DNA of 64,000 bases, taken from positions 1,638-65,637 of the forward strand of contig JAZDLN010000032.1 in NCBI GenBank assembly GCA_043801965.1, written 5' to 3'. This document shows positions 62,028 to 64,000 of this stretch, one piece after another (position 1 is the stretch's first letter; each line of letters starts with the position of its first letter). Below the pieces are notes generated by a model. It made no database searches. It had not been told where the DNA came from and saw only the letters and a list, made by a program, of their open reading frames with translations. Source of the DNA: Candidatus Falkowbacteria bacterium. GTDB lineage: Bacteria; Patescibacteriota; Patescibacteriia; Patescibacteriales; UBA12075. The position numbers were made by a program, and so were the translations under genes.

Positions 62028-62486
62028 TTATTCGATCTTTAAAATCTCATATTCCATTTCCCCCCGCGGAGTTATTACCCTGACCCTGTCCCCCTTTTTC
62101 CGATCGATCAGTTCTTTCCCCAAAGGCGATTCGTTCGATATTTTGCCTTCGAGCGGGTCGGCTTCATTAAAACTTACTATAGTATAATTAATTTCTTTGT
62201 TGCCCTGCCGGAGCGTTACTCTGGAGCCCATACCGATATTTTCTTTATTGTGGTCGTTTTCGACTATGGTCAGATTTTTGATCACTTGGCTTAGTTCGGC
62301 TATACGGCCTTCGTTAAAGGCTTGGGCGTCTTTCGCTTCGCTATATTCCGCGTTTTCCGAGAGATCGCCCATGTCTTTCGCTTTTTGTATTCGTTCCGCT
62401 ATTTCCCGTCTTTTAACATTGATCAGATTATCAAGCTCCTGCCTTAGTTTATCGTATCCCTCCTGGGATATAATTTGATCGGACAT
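62028..62486 (-). CDS. greA: Transcription elongation factor GreA
   Basis: 152 aa. GDLSENAEYSEAKD and a C-terminal FKBP-like domain. Confidence 0.95.
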   Translation of the reverse strand: MSDQIISQEGYDKLRQELDNLINVKRREIAERIQKAKDMGDLSENAEYSEAKDAQAFNEGRIAELSQVIKNLTIVENDHNKENIGMGSRVTLRQGNKEINYTIVSFNEADPLEGKISNESPLGKELIDRKKGDRVRVITPRGEMEYEILKIE

Positions 62487-62493
62487 AATTTAA

Positions 62494-62566
62494 TAGCTTA
62501 TAGTTAGCTTTTAGCTTTTTGGCGGTGCCGATAAAGTCTTTTCGGCAAGACTAAAACTATAAGCTA
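62494..62566. repeat. Palindromic element with a 12-bp perfect outer stem and an inner hairpin, carrying the GCTAAAAGC-TATAAGCTA word
   Basis: tagcttatagtt (62494-62505) pairs with aactataagcta (62555-62566). The inner hairpin is gccga...tcggc. The word also occurs at 17092-17110. Confidence 0.7.
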
Positions 62567-62580
62567 ATATACAGTAAATT

Positions 62581-64000
62581 TTAATTTTTATCAAGGGATA
62601 GTTGTCCACACCGGAAACCCGCCAATCTGCTTTCGAAAATAACGGCGGTAAGCATTAAATAGCCGATTCCCAGGGGGTGGTTGTAATAAGGACTGAAAAA
62701 ATTTACGGCCGCCACGACGATGAGACCGATAGCTAATCCGGCATACAGGCCGGCCTTCTTTGTTTTTGAAAGTTTAACGGCGATTAACGTAATATTAAAT
62801 AAAATAAAAAGATAAGTCAATAGACCAAATATACCTAATTTCAGCCAAATATCCAACCAGCCCCACTCAAAGGCGTAGGTCGTATATTCGCCGGTGGCGT
62901 TCGTTTCCCTGACCCTCGGGTCGTTCGATTCATAAGTAACCGTAGCCCCGAAACCCTGTCCGAAAACGGCTTCCCGGCTGATCTTTTTCCATAATTCCGG
63001 CAAGAGATTCCAGCGGGAAGACACGGCGGCTTCGCCCGTTAAACTGCCGGCTCTTTCGGTCAGAAGGCCGACGGCGTTATATCCGCCCAGGGGTTTCGGA
63101 TAAGGGAATTTTACCGTGATAAGTATAAGACATAAGCTCGCGACCGCGACGGCCGTTATAAAGCCGGCGAATCCGATCGATCTTTTCAGGCCGTATCTCC
63201 AGAGCGAGAAGACCGCGAAAAGCAAAAGCCCGACCGCCAGGCCTACCCAAAAACTTCTTGAAAAACTAATGACGATCGTGGCTAAAAGTAAAACCGCGAA
63301 TAGGGCCGATAAGTAAGAGTTTATATTTTTCCAGCCGTTTTTATATACCCGTTCGGTCCAAAGGCATAATATTATAAAAAATCCCGCTAAAGAAAATATC
63401 TGCGACTGGAGGAAGATACGGTAAAATCCTCCCTGCATCCGGGTTAATTCCCCTACTCCGGTCAGGCGCACCCAACGATAAAGTTCGGCGGTCATGCCGA
63501 TCATGTCATGCGAAAAGATAAAAAGCAGAAAGAAGGTTTTAAAACCGAGCCAGACGACGGCGGCCGCGAAAACGGCCGATACTTCTTCCTGCGCTTCGCT
63601 CTCGCTCCGGAAGATCCTTCTTTTATTCACGAAAATATCGTAAAGCGGAAAGATCAAAGTAAAATACAGCCAGCCGTTAAAATCAAAAAAGATATTGCCG
63701 AAATCATTATTATGCAAAAAACCGTTTACGATCCCCCAAAGCATAAAGAGGAAGAGAAAAAGGAAATATGGCAATATATGCCCCCTCTTGAGGCTGAATC
63801 TCCGGTGGAGGAAGCTTAATTTCTTTTCGGAAAAGATCCTGGTGATATTTTTACCGGCCCAAACCGACATCAGGACGAGCCAAAAAGCGATGCGGATGGA
63901 AAGGGTAAAATCATCGATTTCCAGGAAAAACAGATAACCCTTGGAACCGATAAATAGTTCGGCTAAAGCGATATAAATTCCGTACTCAAGCTTATGGAGG
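62581..64000 (-). CDS. Polytopic membrane protein, O-antigen ligase/polymerase-like (5' end beyond window)
   Basis: The reading frame stays open upstream of the Met at 63870 to the window end (manual check). More than 10 TM helices. SRSFWVGLAVGLLLF resembles Wzy_C. Confidence 0.55.
   Translation of the reverse strand, partial: LHKLEYGIYIALAELFIGSKGYLFFLEIDDFTLSIRIAFWLVLMSVWAGKNITRIFSEKKLSFLHRRFSLKRGHILPYFLFLFLFMLWGIVNGFLHNNDFGNIFFDFNGWLYFTLIFPLYDIFVNKRRIFRSESEAQEEVSAVFAAAVVWLGFKTFFLLFIFSHDMIGMTAELYRWVRLTGVGELTRMQGGFYRIFLQSQIFSLAGFFIILCLWTERVYKNGWKNINSYLSALFAVLLLATIVISFSRSFWVGLAVGLLLFAVFSLWRYGLKRSIGFAGFITAVAVASLCLILITVKFPYPKPLGGYNAVGLLTERAGSLTGEAAVSSRWNLLPELWKKISREAVFGQGFGATVTYESNDPRVRETNATGEYTTYAFEWGWLDIWLKLGIFGLLTYLFILFNITLIAVKLSKTKKAGLYAGLAIGLIVVAAVNFFSPYYNHPLGIGYLMLTAVIFESRLAGFRCGQLSLDKN

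Noticed and set aside
8244-62566. Whether the many intergenic repeats constitute a CRISPR array
   Set aside because: The repeats are palindromic arms at dispersed loci. They are not regularly spaced direct repeats with unique spacers, and no cas genes are present.

Overview
This 64-kb bacterial chromosomal window is moderately AT-rich by eye and uses the standard genetic code: TAA, TAG and TGA all terminate long ORFs. It is densely packed, with about 60 protein genes and 3 tRNAs. I found no rRNA, CRISPR array or transposase. Most genes are housekeeping, scattered singly rather than in classical operons: rplU, recR, ybaB, dnaB, mtaB, fmt, def, clpB, gltX, serS, lysS, greA, ddl, ftsQ, uppS, rarA, malic enzyme and a DEAD-box helicase. 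Between them lie four accessory blocks. (i) An ArsR-controlled thioredoxin/permease/CcdA cluster at 1.4-4.4 kb. (ii) A csoR / HMA-fusion / copA copper operon at 6.0-10.2 kb. (iii) A 7.5-kb four-gene PrkA / DUF444 / SpoVR / second-PrkA-like operon at 22.0-29.5 kb. (iv) A block of large secreted proteins (Fn3, cohesin-like, Ig-like) at 37.7-44.1 kb. The gene style resembles small-genome uncultivated bacteria (CPR/Patescibacteria-like), but that is inference only. The observations I consider most worth follow-up are these. The four-gene PrkA module has a paralogue whose Walker B looks degenerate. clpB is interrupted by an in-frame TAA, yet the downstream frame is intact and conserved, and a perfect CIRCE operator plus promoter sits upstream. 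Several families of long AT-rich imperfect palindromes and short dispersed repeats fill intergenic gaps and often abut start codons, and several genes look leaderless. A partial duplicate of the tRNA-Thr 3' half carries a GC-rich hairpin insertion. A tandemly duplicated two-gene cassette shows reciprocal decay. A strongly GC-rich orphan gene with a consensus promoter lies beside a tyrosine recombinase. A TagA/WecG-NUDIX fusion is also present. Every coordinate was read by eye against the ORF track, and no database searches were possible.
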